Below, one piece after another: positions 19,159 through 28,109 of a stretch of DNA of 64,000 bases. The translations under genes were made by a program, and so were the position numbers. Under the pieces are notes generated by a model. It saw only the letters and a program-made list of their open reading frames with translations. It had not been told where the DNA came from and made no database searches. Every line of letters starts with the position of its first letter. Within the stretch, counting starts at the first letter, position 1. The stretch comes from Candidatus Freyarchaeum deiterrae (GTDB taxonomy: Archaea > Asgardarchaeota > Jordiarchaeia > Jordiarchaeales > Jordiarchaeaceae). The DNA is taken from positions 704,001-768,000 of the forward strand of contig CP147778.1 in the NCBI GenBank assembly GCA_037305845.1, given 5' to 3'.

Positions 19159-19976
19159 TGTTTAATCCTCCTAAAAATATCTTCTGTAACATCTTCAAGA
19201 TTTTCCACAAGATGATTGTAGACTTTGAATCTTCTATCAAGTTGAGTTGCAGGATAAAGCGCCATTACACACTTGTCGATGTCCACTTGAGAATCCACCA
19301 GAAAAAAAGTGACATTATAAATATTTTTGGAGGGGTATTGCATGAATCTCTGAAGGAAATCAAGTATACGCTCATAGTATTGTATAATCCCAAGGTCATT
19401 TTCTATCCTTTTCAGAAGTAAATTTAATTCATCACATAATTTCAAATCGTTTAATACTTTGAAGGCGGATATTATTCCTTTATCGGTCCTAGTTATTTCA
19501 TTCAAAAGGTCCTTTGTATCTTTTCTCCACTTAACTGATGTGACGTACATAGTATCCCCTAAAGGCACATCTCTGAATTCGAAGGCAAATACGTCAATCC
19601 CATGTTCCGGCATTTCACTGTGGCTTTTATTAGCCCACTTATGATAGGGTACAAACAAGCCGAACAATTTTTCAAATGACAAACAACTTACAGCTTCGGC
19701 TAAGTCTCCTTTTTGTATTTCTGGTCTGGAAGGAACTATCCTAGAAATTAGCTCGTCCAACGACAGACCAAATCTGGTGTTTGTTTCTAACAAGCTCTGT
19801 AGTAAATTTTTTGAATAATTAGGTGAATAGTGATCTCTCATATAGTCTGTAACAGTTTCTTTCCATGGGGTTAAGCATTCCTTTTTGATGAAAATGTCTG
19901 TTCTGTCGCAGATACTATTCCAATTGCAAGATAATTGAATCTCCGTAAGAGAGTTTAACGGGGGAATGCTTGCCAT
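19155..19976 (-). CDS. hamA: Hachiman HamA-like (DUF1837) nuclease
   Basis: KGDLAE...VPYHKW..K...MPEHGIDV pattern; 4-bp overlap with the helicase. Confidence 0.7.
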   Translation of the reverse strand: MASIPPLNSLTEIQLSCNWNSICDRTDIFIKKECLTPWKETVTDYMRDHYSPNYSKNLLQSLLETNTRFGLSLDELISRIVPSRPEIQKGDLAEAVSCLSFEKLFGLFVPYHKWANKSHSEMPEHGIDVFAFEFRDVPLGDTMYVTSVKWRKDTKDLLNEITRTDKGIISAFKVLNDLKLCDELNLLLKRIENDLGIIQYYERILDFLQRFMQYPSKNIYNVTFFLVDSQVDIDKCVMALYPATQLDRRFKVYNHLVENLEDVTEDIFRRIKH

Positions 19977-20582
19977 TAAATATCACCACTTCCCTATCGG
20001 CAAGGCTCTGGAAACGGGCAACTAGATAAGTATTTTGTCTTTCTTGATATAAATGTAATTCTGTCTGTCTAATGTAACTAACGTAACCTAAGAAAGAAAA
20101 ATTAATCTAGTTAAAGGCAATGGACTAAAACAATTCGTAAAAAAACGTTTTAAAACTGAAGATATTTCTAATTTCTGGCGCGTTATCTTGGCACACAGTA
20201 ATCGGAAAAATCTCAATTTATTTTCTATGGCTCTACACAATGAACTGCCATATTCCGAAAAGTCGGTACAACATGTAAAAAATATCCACCATTCTAAAGA
20301 ATCAGCAAAAATCCCATATTTTTCGATATAAATTGTATAACGGCACCTGACCCCTTATGGACTTCCTCTTCTTGATGTTTTATTCTTCTTATTCGAACCT
20401 TTTCTTCTGCGTTCATTTTTTTGGTGTTTTGTTTATGATTTCTTCTTGTATTATTGAGTCGAATATTTTTCTATTTCTTTTGGACTGCCTTATTTTTCAG
20501 CTGTTAGGGTTTAATGCTTTTTTGTAATTTGTCGAGGGGTTTATTCTAACGTCTTAAAGAATTATATAAAAATTTAAACGAA

Positions 20583-21335
20583 ATGTGTATATTTTTTTAT
20601 AGTTCTCCAATTACTTACAGGATACGTGTGGGTGAATTTGAATTGGAATATGCTGATTTTAAAGAGAAGATATCCCAAATTAAGCAAATGGGTTACGTCG
20701 ATTCTCATCGAAAGGGACCAACGGGGATTGGTAAAACTTTGGAGGATTTGTTAGGGATAACAGAAAATAACATTGCGGGCCCAGATTTTAGCACTTATGA
20801 ATTGAAATCCGGCAGGAAGGGTGCGGCCTCTATGCTTACTCTGTTCACTAGTGCGCCTGAACCGGAAGGAGTTAATGGAATTTTATTGGAAGTGTATGGG
20901 TATAAGTCGCGAAAAAAAGGAATTTCGGAAAAGGAGTTGCACGTAACTGTTGATTCAATTAAGCCGAATAGTGTTGGTTTGCAATTAACTGTAGAAGGTA
21001 AGCGATTGTATATTGCTAATAATCCAAAGGTTAGGGCATATTATGAGGAAGCCATTCTTAAACAGGTTTTTGAGGCTAAGTATCATAAACTTGTCTATGT
21101 TTTGGCGGATAATCAGTTAAGCGGAAAAAAGGAACAGTTTTGGTATACCGAGGCATATTTGCTTGATGGTTTTAGTTTTAAGCGGTTCTCTGAACTTGTC
21201 AAGGAAGGTATTCTTAAGGTGGATATTCGAATCGGGCATTATTCTGATGGACGGTTGCATGATCATGGAACTGGTTTTAGGATATTGCCTAAGTATCTGC
21301 CTCGTTGCTTTGAGACTATTCAGCAAATACTTTGA
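20583..21335 (+). CDS. MvaI/BcnI-family type II restriction endonuclease
   Basis: GPTGIGKTLEDLLGITENNIAGPDF..YELKS, LTLF, HDHGTGFRI; start probably near 20643. Confidence 0.9.
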   Translation: MCIFFYSSPITYRIRVGEFELEYADFKEKISQIKQMGYVDSHRKGPTGIGKTLEDLLGITENNIAGPDFSTYELKSGRKGAASMLTLFTSAPEPEGVNGILLEVYGYKSRKKGISEKELHVTVDSIKPNSVGLQLTVEGKRLYIANNPKVRAYYEEAILKQVFEAKYHKLVYVLADNQLSGKKEQFWYTEAYLLDGFSFKRFSELVKEGILKVDIRIGHYSDGRLHDHGTGFRILPKYLPRCFETIQQIL

Positions 21336-21339
21336 GTTG

Positions 21340-22227
21340 CTATTTTGGTGGTCTCCAGAAGTCGAGTATGTACTCCATGGTTGCTCCTAGTGATATGAAA
21401 TTGTTTGGGTATCCGAAGATTCCTACTTTGTTTACGAGGTCTCTTTTGTCCCAGATGAAGGTGTTTCTGAATTCGAATCCTGCTTTTTGTAGTGCTTCTA
21501 TGACGTGGATGTGGGTTAGGTGTCTTTTGTTTTCCCACCATACGTCGTTTATGTTTATTATGCAGTGGGCTTTGGGTTTCATGAGTGGTAGGATGCCGGA
21601 GTATATTTCTTCGAGTGCTTTGGAGTATTCTTCGTGTTTCATTGTTCCTAGGTCGCGGGGATCGTTGGAGTATTGTTGTACTTTGAGGTATTGGTCGTTG
21701 TCTCTGAGGTCGCCTCTTATGCTTTTGTTCAGTCTCTGGCGGTTCAGCATGTTTGCGTAGGGTGGGGAGGTTACGCATAGGGACACTGTATTCTCTTCCA
21801 AATATTCTGGTATTTTATGGGCATCGTCGACTATTGCTAGTTGTTGTGCGCGGGGTACTAGTCGGGATTGTGCGAGTCGTTTCTTGGCTATTTTGACGTA
21901 TTCCTCGTTTAAGTCGAATCCAACGGCGTTTCGGTTTAGGTCTTGGGCGGCGACTAGTGTTGTGCCAATTCCGACGAATGGGTCTAAAACTAGTTCTCCT
22001 TCATGTGTGAGGAGCTTTATGAAGTGTGCAGGGAGAGCTATTGGGAATACTGCGGGGTGTACATTCTTGTCCCTAATGTCTCGTCCCTCGTAGTAAAAAG
22101 TTTGAATTGTGACCATACCCTTTACCCAGTCTTTTGCAGTTACACAGCTGATGTGGTTGTCGGGGCAATTGCAGGTCTTTTTATATCCTATCTTTAGTGG
22201 CTTTGTAATTTCCAGTGTTTCAGTCAA
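21340..22227 (-). CDS. Amino-DNA methyltransferase (likely N4-cytosine)
   Basis: HPAVFP, DPFVGIGTT (motif I) before TSPPY (motif IV); convergent with the REase. Confidence 0.9.
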   Translation of the reverse strand: MTETLEITKPLKIGYKKTCNCPDNHISCVTAKDWVKGMVTIQTFYYEGRDIRDKNVHPAVFPIALPAHFIKLLTHEGELVLDPFVGIGTTLVAAQDLNRNAVGFDLNEEYVKIAKKRLAQSRLVPRAQQLAIVDDAHKIPEYLEENTVSLCVTSPPYANMLNRQRLNKSIRGDLRDNDQYLKVQQYSNDPRDLGTMKHEEYSKALEEIYSGILPLMKPKAHCIININDVWWENKRHLTHIHVIEALQKAGFEFRNTFIWDKRDLVNKVGIFGYPNNFISLGATMEYILDFWRPPK

Positions 22228-22367
22228 TTTTCTCCTTCCGTATTATTTTTAGCGGTTTTGATTAGTCTCCTTATAATGTCGTCGTACGTTTCTCCTTTTC
22301 TACCCAGCTTTTTTAATTGTTCCCTCACGGATTTCGATAGTTGAATTGTGGTTAAATCATTAGTCAC
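22224..22367 (-). CDS. 47-aa ribbon-helix-helix protein coupled to the MTase
   Basis: Manual translation MTNDLTTIQLSKSVREQLKKLGRKGETYDDIIRRLI; its TGA overlaps the MTase TTG; below the ORF-track cutoff. Confidence 0.75.
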   Translation of the reverse strand: MTNDLTTIQLSKSVREQLKKLGRKGETYDDIIRRLIKTAKNNTEGEN

Positions 22368-22596
22368 ACATAACACCGTATAACGGTTATATGATTATGC
22401 CTTTTTAAAAGTTACTACGAATATACTCACGAGGCATAATAGAACAATCTAGCTGTGGTTGAAGCTGGTTCTTAAGTATTACTTTTGTAAACAGCAGTCT
22501 AACCTCTATCTTGAACTTTTGAATGTCAACAACAGATACAGGCCAAACGATTTTTCGGGGTTCTTTCACTTACAAAAAGTTCTTGTCAGGTTTGGA

Positions 22597-23394
22597 TTAC
22601 AAGTTAATTCCGTATTTTCTAAACAACTCCGCTAGTAGTTCTGGAGTGATTAATGCGCAATACATTATTTTATTTTCGTTGATTTTAGTGAAATAGTGAT
22701 ATGCAGCTTGAATTGAACTTTCAACTTTTTTTGATAAAGGGCACCCATAAATCCAAACAAATCCGTCTATACTATATTCCATGGCCTTTGATGTTTGAGA
22801 GCGTATCTTATCTTCCGAAATATCATCATTTACACTTTTAATTTGAAAGCCTATAGTTGCATTCTGAATCTTCTTTGAGATATCTATACCAGAATATTCT
22901 TTTGTTCCGTGCAAGAACACTTGAAATGATTGAGTAATTTTTTGTAACAAGATTTCAAATGCATCTATGATTTTGTCGTGTGGATTTTTATTATTTCCAA
23001 ATGCATTAATAATAATTTTTCTTTCATCAATAAATTTTGATTTGTCAAAGCCTAACTCTAGATAAGAATTGATAAAGTTTTTAGCAATTTCAAATTTTGG
23101 AAACTTTTCTTCCGAAGGCAGATCAATTTGAAGAAGTTTGGAAAACAGTTGTTTAGCAAAATCACTTTTACTTACTATATTGATGCTAAAAAATGATGTC
23201 TTAATATTCTCGATGGATTTAAAAAAATTGTCTAGCGTGACCTTTTTATGAACTTGTAGAAGTTTATAATAAACCTCAACGATTTTATTCGCAAAATTGT
23301 CTATATCTTGATAGTCATTGTCATGAATAAAATCCATTGTGATGGAGAGTAACTTTATCCTAATTGCTTCATTCATTTTCTTCTCCTTATTCAT
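22597..23394 (-). CDS. Helical N-terminus plus C-terminal PD-(D/E)XK (Mrr-like) nuclease
   Basis: HGTKEYSGIDI...IGFQIKS (D...QxK). Confidence 0.6.
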   Translation of the reverse strand: MNKEKKMNEAIRIKLLSITMDFIHDNDYQDIDNFANKIVEVYYKLLQVHKKVTLDNFFKSIENIKTSFFSINIVSKSDFAKQLFSKLLQIDLPSEEKFPKFEIAKNFINSYLELGFDKSKFIDERKIIINAFGNNKNPHDKIIDAFEILLQKITQSFQVFLHGTKEYSGIDISKKIQNATIGFQIKSVNDDISEDKIRSQTSKAMEYSIDGFVWIYGCPLSKKVESSIQAAYHYFTKINENKIMYCALITPELLAELFRKYGINL

Positions 23395-23845
23395 CTTTAG
23401 CTACTTGAGTTTCATCTGAAATTTCAAATGAAGCTTTTTCTTTTTCTAACTCAAAATCTTTGAGAAGTTTTTGGCTGATTCTGAGAAGTGCATCTACCTT
23501 TCTCTTTTTATAAATAATGCCTTCATTAGTAGCTTCTTTAACCTCTATCAATCCCATATCTTTCAATTTTGTAATTTCTATAGAAACGTTTGGAAGTTGT
23601 AGCTTTAAATCGTTTGCAATTTTTCCTACAACCCTTTTACCGTCAATAGCGAGATAGATTCTTGCTCTGTTGATTGCTTTCTTCTTCCCAGGGACATTGC
23701 CGAAGAAACTCATAATCTCTTCTAAAATCTCTTTGGAATGAGCACGTGTTATTAATTCAATATTGCTGTCCATAGCTTCTTGGTGCCAGCGTATTTTTTT
23801 AACCTCTCCGAATAAGTCTTCTGTTTCAGGCATAACCATCACCAA
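23387..23845 (-). CDS. Winged-helix (ArsR/MarR-like) protein
   Basis: IYLAIDGKRVVGKIANDLKLQLPNVSIEITKLKDMGLIE. Confidence 0.8.
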   Translation of the reverse strand: MVMVMPETEDLFGEVKKIRWHQEAMDSNIELITRAHSKEILEEIMSFFGNVPGKKKAINRARIYLAIDGKRVVGKIANDLKLQLPNVSIEITKLKDMGLIEVKEATNEGIIYKKRKVDALLRISQKLLKDFELEKEKASFEISDETQVAKDE

Positions 23846-24084
23846 TTTTTAAATAGGAGATAATTTGTTGAACTTTCTTCCTTGCTTTTAGATTCGCAGA
23901 TGACATCTATTCCTTCATGCTCCACAAGTATCGAAACCAAAATTCCAGACATCAACACCTTTTTTATATTTTGTTTCTTTGATGTATCTATTTTGCAAGC
24001 ATCTTTTAGTTTGAAAGCTAATCTCTCAAATAAAAAAATTAGGATTTCATTTTGCTTAATTATTTTCTCCGATTCCGCGTTCAT
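23839..24084 (-). pseudogene. Shortened/degenerate member of the wHTH array
   Basis: Helical start (KIIKQNEILIFLFERLAF) but no YxxxDG-HTH core; overlaps both neighbours. Confidence 0.45.
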
Positions 24085-24509
24085 GTTTTTTCCTCTAGGG
24101 TTTTTTGCACTTGCTTTTCAAGCTTAATTGGAGGTTCGGCCTTTACTTTTTCTGTCTCAATTTCTTTTGATTGTTGCACTTCGATGCCAAAATCTTCTAG
24201 AGAGAATATACGTCTAGCTCTCTCTCCTCCTTTTACACTCATCATCTCAGCTATGCCGGCTTTAGCCCATATTTTCCACCATTTTGTTACTGTTACATGA
24301 CTGATACCTGCGAACTTAGCTACTTCTTGACTGCCCCTTCCATCACTGTGATGGTAAGTTACTTTTTCCTCGTAACTTGGTAGAATCTCTAAAAGTAACT
24401 TTTTTACTTGGGAAAAGCTGGTAACTCTTGTCCATTTCAAAATCTCTTCAAGTATCTCAATTGTTCTGTCCTGTTTATCTTTAGTTTTAGCTTCGTTCAT
24501 TTTCTTCAC
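24081..24509 (-). CDS. Winged-helix protein, paralog B
   Basis: ILKWTR...YHHSDGRGSQEVAK...HVTVTKWWKIWAKAGI. Confidence 0.8.
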   Translation of the reverse strand: MKKMNEAKTKDKQDRTIEILEEILKWTRVTSFSQVKKLLLEILPSYEEKVTYHHSDGRGSQEVAKFAGISHVTVTKWWKIWAKAGIAEMMSVKGGERARRIFSLEDFGIEVQQSKEIETEKVKAEPPIKLEKQVQKTLEEKT

Positions 24510-24906
24510 CTGATTGAATTTCGGTCTCTTCTATTGTCGCGCGTATTTTCTTAAGACCTTCGGGGATCTCGATTCCTAAAAACTCAATTGGAGCCACCTT
24601 TCTGTAACGGCCCTGATATTGCTCTGAAGCTTCTACGAGCCCATCTGGAGCCCATCTTTTCCACATTTTGGTAACAGTTACGTGTGTAATTTGCTTGTCA
24701 ATTTTATTAAGTTCCTTAGCAATTTCACGCGAGCTTCTGTTTCCATCTGATAATTCATAGACGAATTTACTTTCATCATCCGTCAAATGAGTTTGAGCTG
24801 CTCTTCGAAGCATTGGAAGACCGGAAAGCCTTGTCCAGATTTTTATTTCTTGCAGTTCATTGTAAATCTTACTCAATAATTCTATTTCTTCAGCCAAGTA
24901 AATCAC
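24487..24906 (-). CDS. Winged-helix protein, paralog A
   Basis: IKIWTR...YELSDGNRSSREIAK...HVTVTKMWKRWAPDGL. Confidence 0.8.
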   Translation of the reverse strand: MIYLAEEIELLSKIYNELQEIKIWTRLSGLPMLRRAAQTHLTDDESKFVYELSDGNRSSREIAKELNKIDKQITHVTVTKMWKRWAPDGLVEASEQYQGRYRKVAPIEFLGIEIPEGLKKIRATIEETEIQSGEENERS

Positions 24907-25106
24907 TCCAATGTTTTACTGTGATATCGGTTCCCCCCAACATCCTCATATAGCACTAATCCAGATTCTAGGAGAGAAGATAGATGATAAGATACACCCG
25001 GTTGAGTAGCGCCTAACGTGCTGACTATCTCATCTAATTTATCCAGTTTGGAGGATATCTTATATTGGAGTTCAATTATTTTTGTGCCATGTTCTTCTTG
25101 ATCCGA
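24903..25106 (-). pseudogene. 5'-degraded ArsR-like wHTH gene heading the array
   Basis: Manual translation LDEIVSTLGATQPGVSYHLSSLLESGLVLYEDVGGNRYHSKTLE*; TGA overlaps the GTG at 24906; no usable start before in-frame TAA 25107-25109. Confidence 0.65.
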
Positions 25107-25341
25107 TTAGGGCCACAACTGAGCATTTTAATACTTGGTTAAAATCTTAAAATAATAAGATATAAATTTTTCTATATAATAAATATAAAAATTATAACAT
25201 TGTTATTTCTAAGTTTAGCTATATTATACACATATATTTCGTAATAATCTACAGTTTAAAATATTTCTTTTCCATAAATAAACTGAGCCTTTTCATAATG
25301 GTAATAAAATTATATGAATCGACCCCAAGGAGAGATGAGAA

Positions 25342-25578
25342 GTGGATAATGAACAATTTGAGAAATTAATGAAAAAAATTGACTTACTAGTTAAGTTGAC
25401 TAGCCTTAATGCAATTGGCAATAAAAAGTTCAAAGAACAGGTTAGAATTTTAGATGGCTTGGAACTACAACCAAAGGATATTGCAAAAATACTAGGTAGG
25501 ACACGGAATCAGGTCAATGTTACATTACATGGTCTAAGAGAAGAAGAGAAGAAGATGGAAGAAGAGACAGACGAATAG
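25342..25578 (+). CDS. Small HTH protein with helical N-terminus
   Basis: LQPKDIAKILGRTRNQVNVTLHGLR; abuts the next gene. Confidence 0.75.
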   Translation: MDNEQFEKLMKKIDLLVKLTSLNAIGNKKFKEQVRILDGLELQPKDIAKILGRTRNQVNVTLHGLREEEKKMEEETDE

Positions 25579-26355
25579 GTGATATTTCTGCCAATAATAA
25601 ACGAGGGGTTATTTCAAGAGCTTCAAAGAAACACTGGTAAGAGTAAACCAAGAATTTATCAAATGATACAAGAAAAAAGGAGAGAATACGGGTACTCTAT
25701 CTCTAAAGAAACAGCAGCTGCTTTACTTGCAGCCAGTAAGGGAATAGATATCTCTAAATTTTTGGAGCCTGAAGAATTAGTGGAAGTAAGAAACCTAATA
25801 AAAGGCAGTGGAACATTATCACCAACTGGAGTAGTATCAAAGCCACATACAGAACCTCTTCCAAAAGCTGTAAAGAGTAAAAGAGGGGAACTTCTAATCG
25901 AAGGCTTTACTCTTCCAGAGAACATTGCAAATGATTCGGAAAAAATGTCCAAAGTTTATTCTATGATTTATGTACTTGAAAATGCGCTTAGATATCTTGT
26001 AATCAGTGTATTAGAAAAAAATTGTGGTAAAGATTGGTGGGAAAATAAAGTTTCACCGAATATTCGAAAAAATGTCGAAGGGAGAATAAGACAAGAAGAT
26101 AAAAACAGATGGCATAGCAAAAGAGGAGCTCAAAAAATATTCTATACTGATTTTGGAGACTTGAATTTAATCATAGTTGGTAATTGGAAAGATTTTAAAG
26201 ATCTTTTTCCGAATCAAATGTGGATTCAAAGTAGACTTAACGAAATTGAGCTTTCAAGAAACATAATTGCTCATAATAATTCGTTACCGAATAAGGAAAT
26301 AAAGAGAATAGAAATGTATTCTGAAGATTTAAAAAAACAATTAGCGGATAAATAA
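25579..26355 (+). CDS. Swt1-like HEPN RNase with N-terminal helical domain
   Basis: LENALR, DWWE, YTDFGDL, RNIIAH (Rx4H). Confidence 0.85.
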   Translation: MIFLPIINEGLFQELQRNTGKSKPRIYQMIQEKRREYGYSISKETAAALLAASKGIDISKFLEPEELVEVRNLIKGSGTLSPTGVVSKPHTEPLPKAVKSKRGELLIEGFTLPENIANDSEKMSKVYSMIYVLENALRYLVISVLEKNCGKDWWENKVSPNIRKNVEGRIRQEDKNRWHSKRGAQKIFYTDFGDLNLIIVGNWKDFKDLFPNQMWIQSRLNEIELSRNIIAHNNSLPNKEIKRIEMYSEDLKKQLADK

Positions 26356-26435
26356 ATTTAATTTGTATATCTGAATAGACCCGCTTCTCGGCTTATTTTT
26401 TGGCAAGAACATAAATAAAAAATAATTAGGCTTTT

Positions 26436-27923
26436 TTATTGGTTCTTTTCTTTTTGGTAGGGGAACCACCATGGTCTTGTTTTGTTTTTGCTGTAGTCTA
26501 TGTTGATTTGTTTGAGTGTTGTGAATTCGATGATTCCTTCTCTTCCTAGTTCTTTTCCCATTCCGCTGTTTTTTATTCCTCCCCAGGGGCAGTTTGCGTA
26601 TGCTGTGTTTATTTCGTTTATCCATATCATTCCTGCTTTGACTTTTTGCATGAGGTCCATGGCATCGTTCAGGTTTTCAGTCCATATTGATGCGCCCAGT
26701 CCGTATGGGGTGCAGTTTGCTATCCCTACTGCTTCTTCTGTGGTTTTGGCTGTTATGATTGTGGCTACTGGTCCGAATACTTCTTCGTTTACTACTTTCA
26801 TTTTGTCGTTGGTGTTTGTGATTATGGTTGGTTCGTAGTAGTATCCTTTTTTGAGGTTTGGTGGAATTTTTCCTCCGAGTTTTATTGTGGCTCCATTTTT
26901 TTTGGCGTCGTCTACTTGGCTTATTACTTTTTGGCGTTGTTTGCTGCTTACGAGTGGTCCCATGTCTGTGGCAGGGTCTAGTCCGTTTCCTACTTTTATT
27001 TTTGATGCCTTTTTCGTTAGGTTGTCAATGAATTCTTCTGCGATTTCTTCTAGTACGATTATTCTTTTTGGGCTGGTGCATACTTGTCCGCAGTTGGTGA
27101 ATCTTCCCCAGTTTGCGGCGTTTACTGCTTCTTCGAGGTCTGCTGTTGGTAGTACTATGAAGGGGTCGCTTCCTCCTAGTTCTAGGGATAGTTTGTGGAG
27201 TTTGTTTGCTGAGTTTTGCATTATTTTTTTGCCGGCTTCTGCGCTTCCTGTGAATGCTATCATGTCTACGTTTGATTCTACTAGCATTGCGCCTACTGCT
27301 CCGTCTCCGTGTATTACGTTTAGTACTCCGGGTGGTAGTTTTGCTTCCTGTGCGAGTTTGCCGATTTCTGCTCCTACGAAGGGTGTTAGTTCTGAGGGTT
27401 TGTAGACTACGGTGTTTCCGGTTAGGAGTGCTGGTGCTATTGCCCAGATTGAGAGTTGTAGGGGGAAGTTCCAGGGTTTTATTACGCCTACTACTCCTAT
27501 GGGTTCTCTTATTGTGAGGGCGAATTTGTTTGGGTATATGCTGTTGTCTATGGGTAGGGTTTCTCCGGCTATGTAGGCTTTTCCTTCTTCGGCGATTATG
27601 TTGGTCATTCCTGAGGTTTCGCTGACTTCGGTTCTGGACTCTTTTAGTGGGCGGCCCATTTCGGTGGTTATGAGTTTCTGTATTTCTTCGGCTTTATCTT
27701 TCATTAGTGTCGCTATTTCTTTCACGTATCTTGCGCGTCTCCAGATGCTTAGTTCTCTCCATTTGCTCGACGCTTTTTCTGCCGCGTTTACGGCTTCTTC
27801 CACCAATTCTTGATCGGCGCAGTATACTGTGCCTATCGGTTCTTCGGTGGCGGGGTTGATGGATTTCATGGTGTTTTCGCTTTCTATCCACTCCCCGTTG
27901 ATTAACATCTTGCACTCTTCCAT
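26436..27923 (-). CDS. NAD(P)-dependent aldehyde dehydrogenase
   Basis: PWNFP, KPSELTP, FTGS, LELGG, GQVC, EEVFGP. Confidence 0.95.
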   Translation of the reverse strand: MEECKMLINGEWIESENTMKSINPATEEPIGTVYCADQELVEEAVNAAEKASSKWRELSIWRRARYVKEIATLMKDKAEEIQKLITTEMGRPLKESRTEVSETSGMTNIIAEEGKAYIAGETLPIDNSIYPNKFALTIREPIGVVGVIKPWNFPLQLSIWAIAPALLTGNTVVYKPSELTPFVGAEIGKLAQEAKLPPGVLNVIHGDGAVGAMLVESNVDMIAFTGSAEAGKKIMQNSANKLHKLSLELGGSDPFIVLPTADLEEAVNAANWGRFTNCGQVCTSPKRIIVLEEIAEEFIDNLTKKASKIKVGNGLDPATDMGPLVSSKQRQKVISQVDDAKKNGATIKLGGKIPPNLKKGYYYEPTIITNTNDKMKVVNEEVFGPVATIITAKTTEEAVGIANCTPYGLGASIWTENLNDAMDLMQKVKAGMIWINEINTAYANCPWGGIKNSGMGKELGREGIIEFTTLKQINIDYSKNKTRPWWFPYQKEKNQ

Positions 27924-27976
27924 CTAAAATCACCTCTCCAGAAATATTCCTACCAGCACTAGTATTTCAATTTTGC
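27915..27976. repeat. About 65-bp imperfect direct repeat, copy 1 (ALDH start/RBS/promoter); copy 2 near 34801-34866
   Basis: aaatcacctctccagaaatattcctaccagcactagtatttcaattttgcc vs aaatctcctctccacatgaatattcctagcaacgccagtatttcaattttgtc. Confidence 0.65.
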
Positions 27977-28109
27977 CGATGGATTGTTATAGCTAATGTA
28001 CCGGGGGCTTCAAAAGCTGTAAGCGATTAATTAAAAAGAACACTAGTAAGCTTTAGAAGACTATCTTAATAATGTTGTAATTATTAAAGCGGTATGACGG
28101 ATAGAGCGT

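Noticed and set aside
26330-26355. Similarity of the HEPN 3' end to the giant gene's 3' end
   Set aside because: Short A-rich match (KQLADK vs KQIAET), likely chance
26851-27405. 184-aa plus-strand ORF
   Set aside because: Antisense to ALDH
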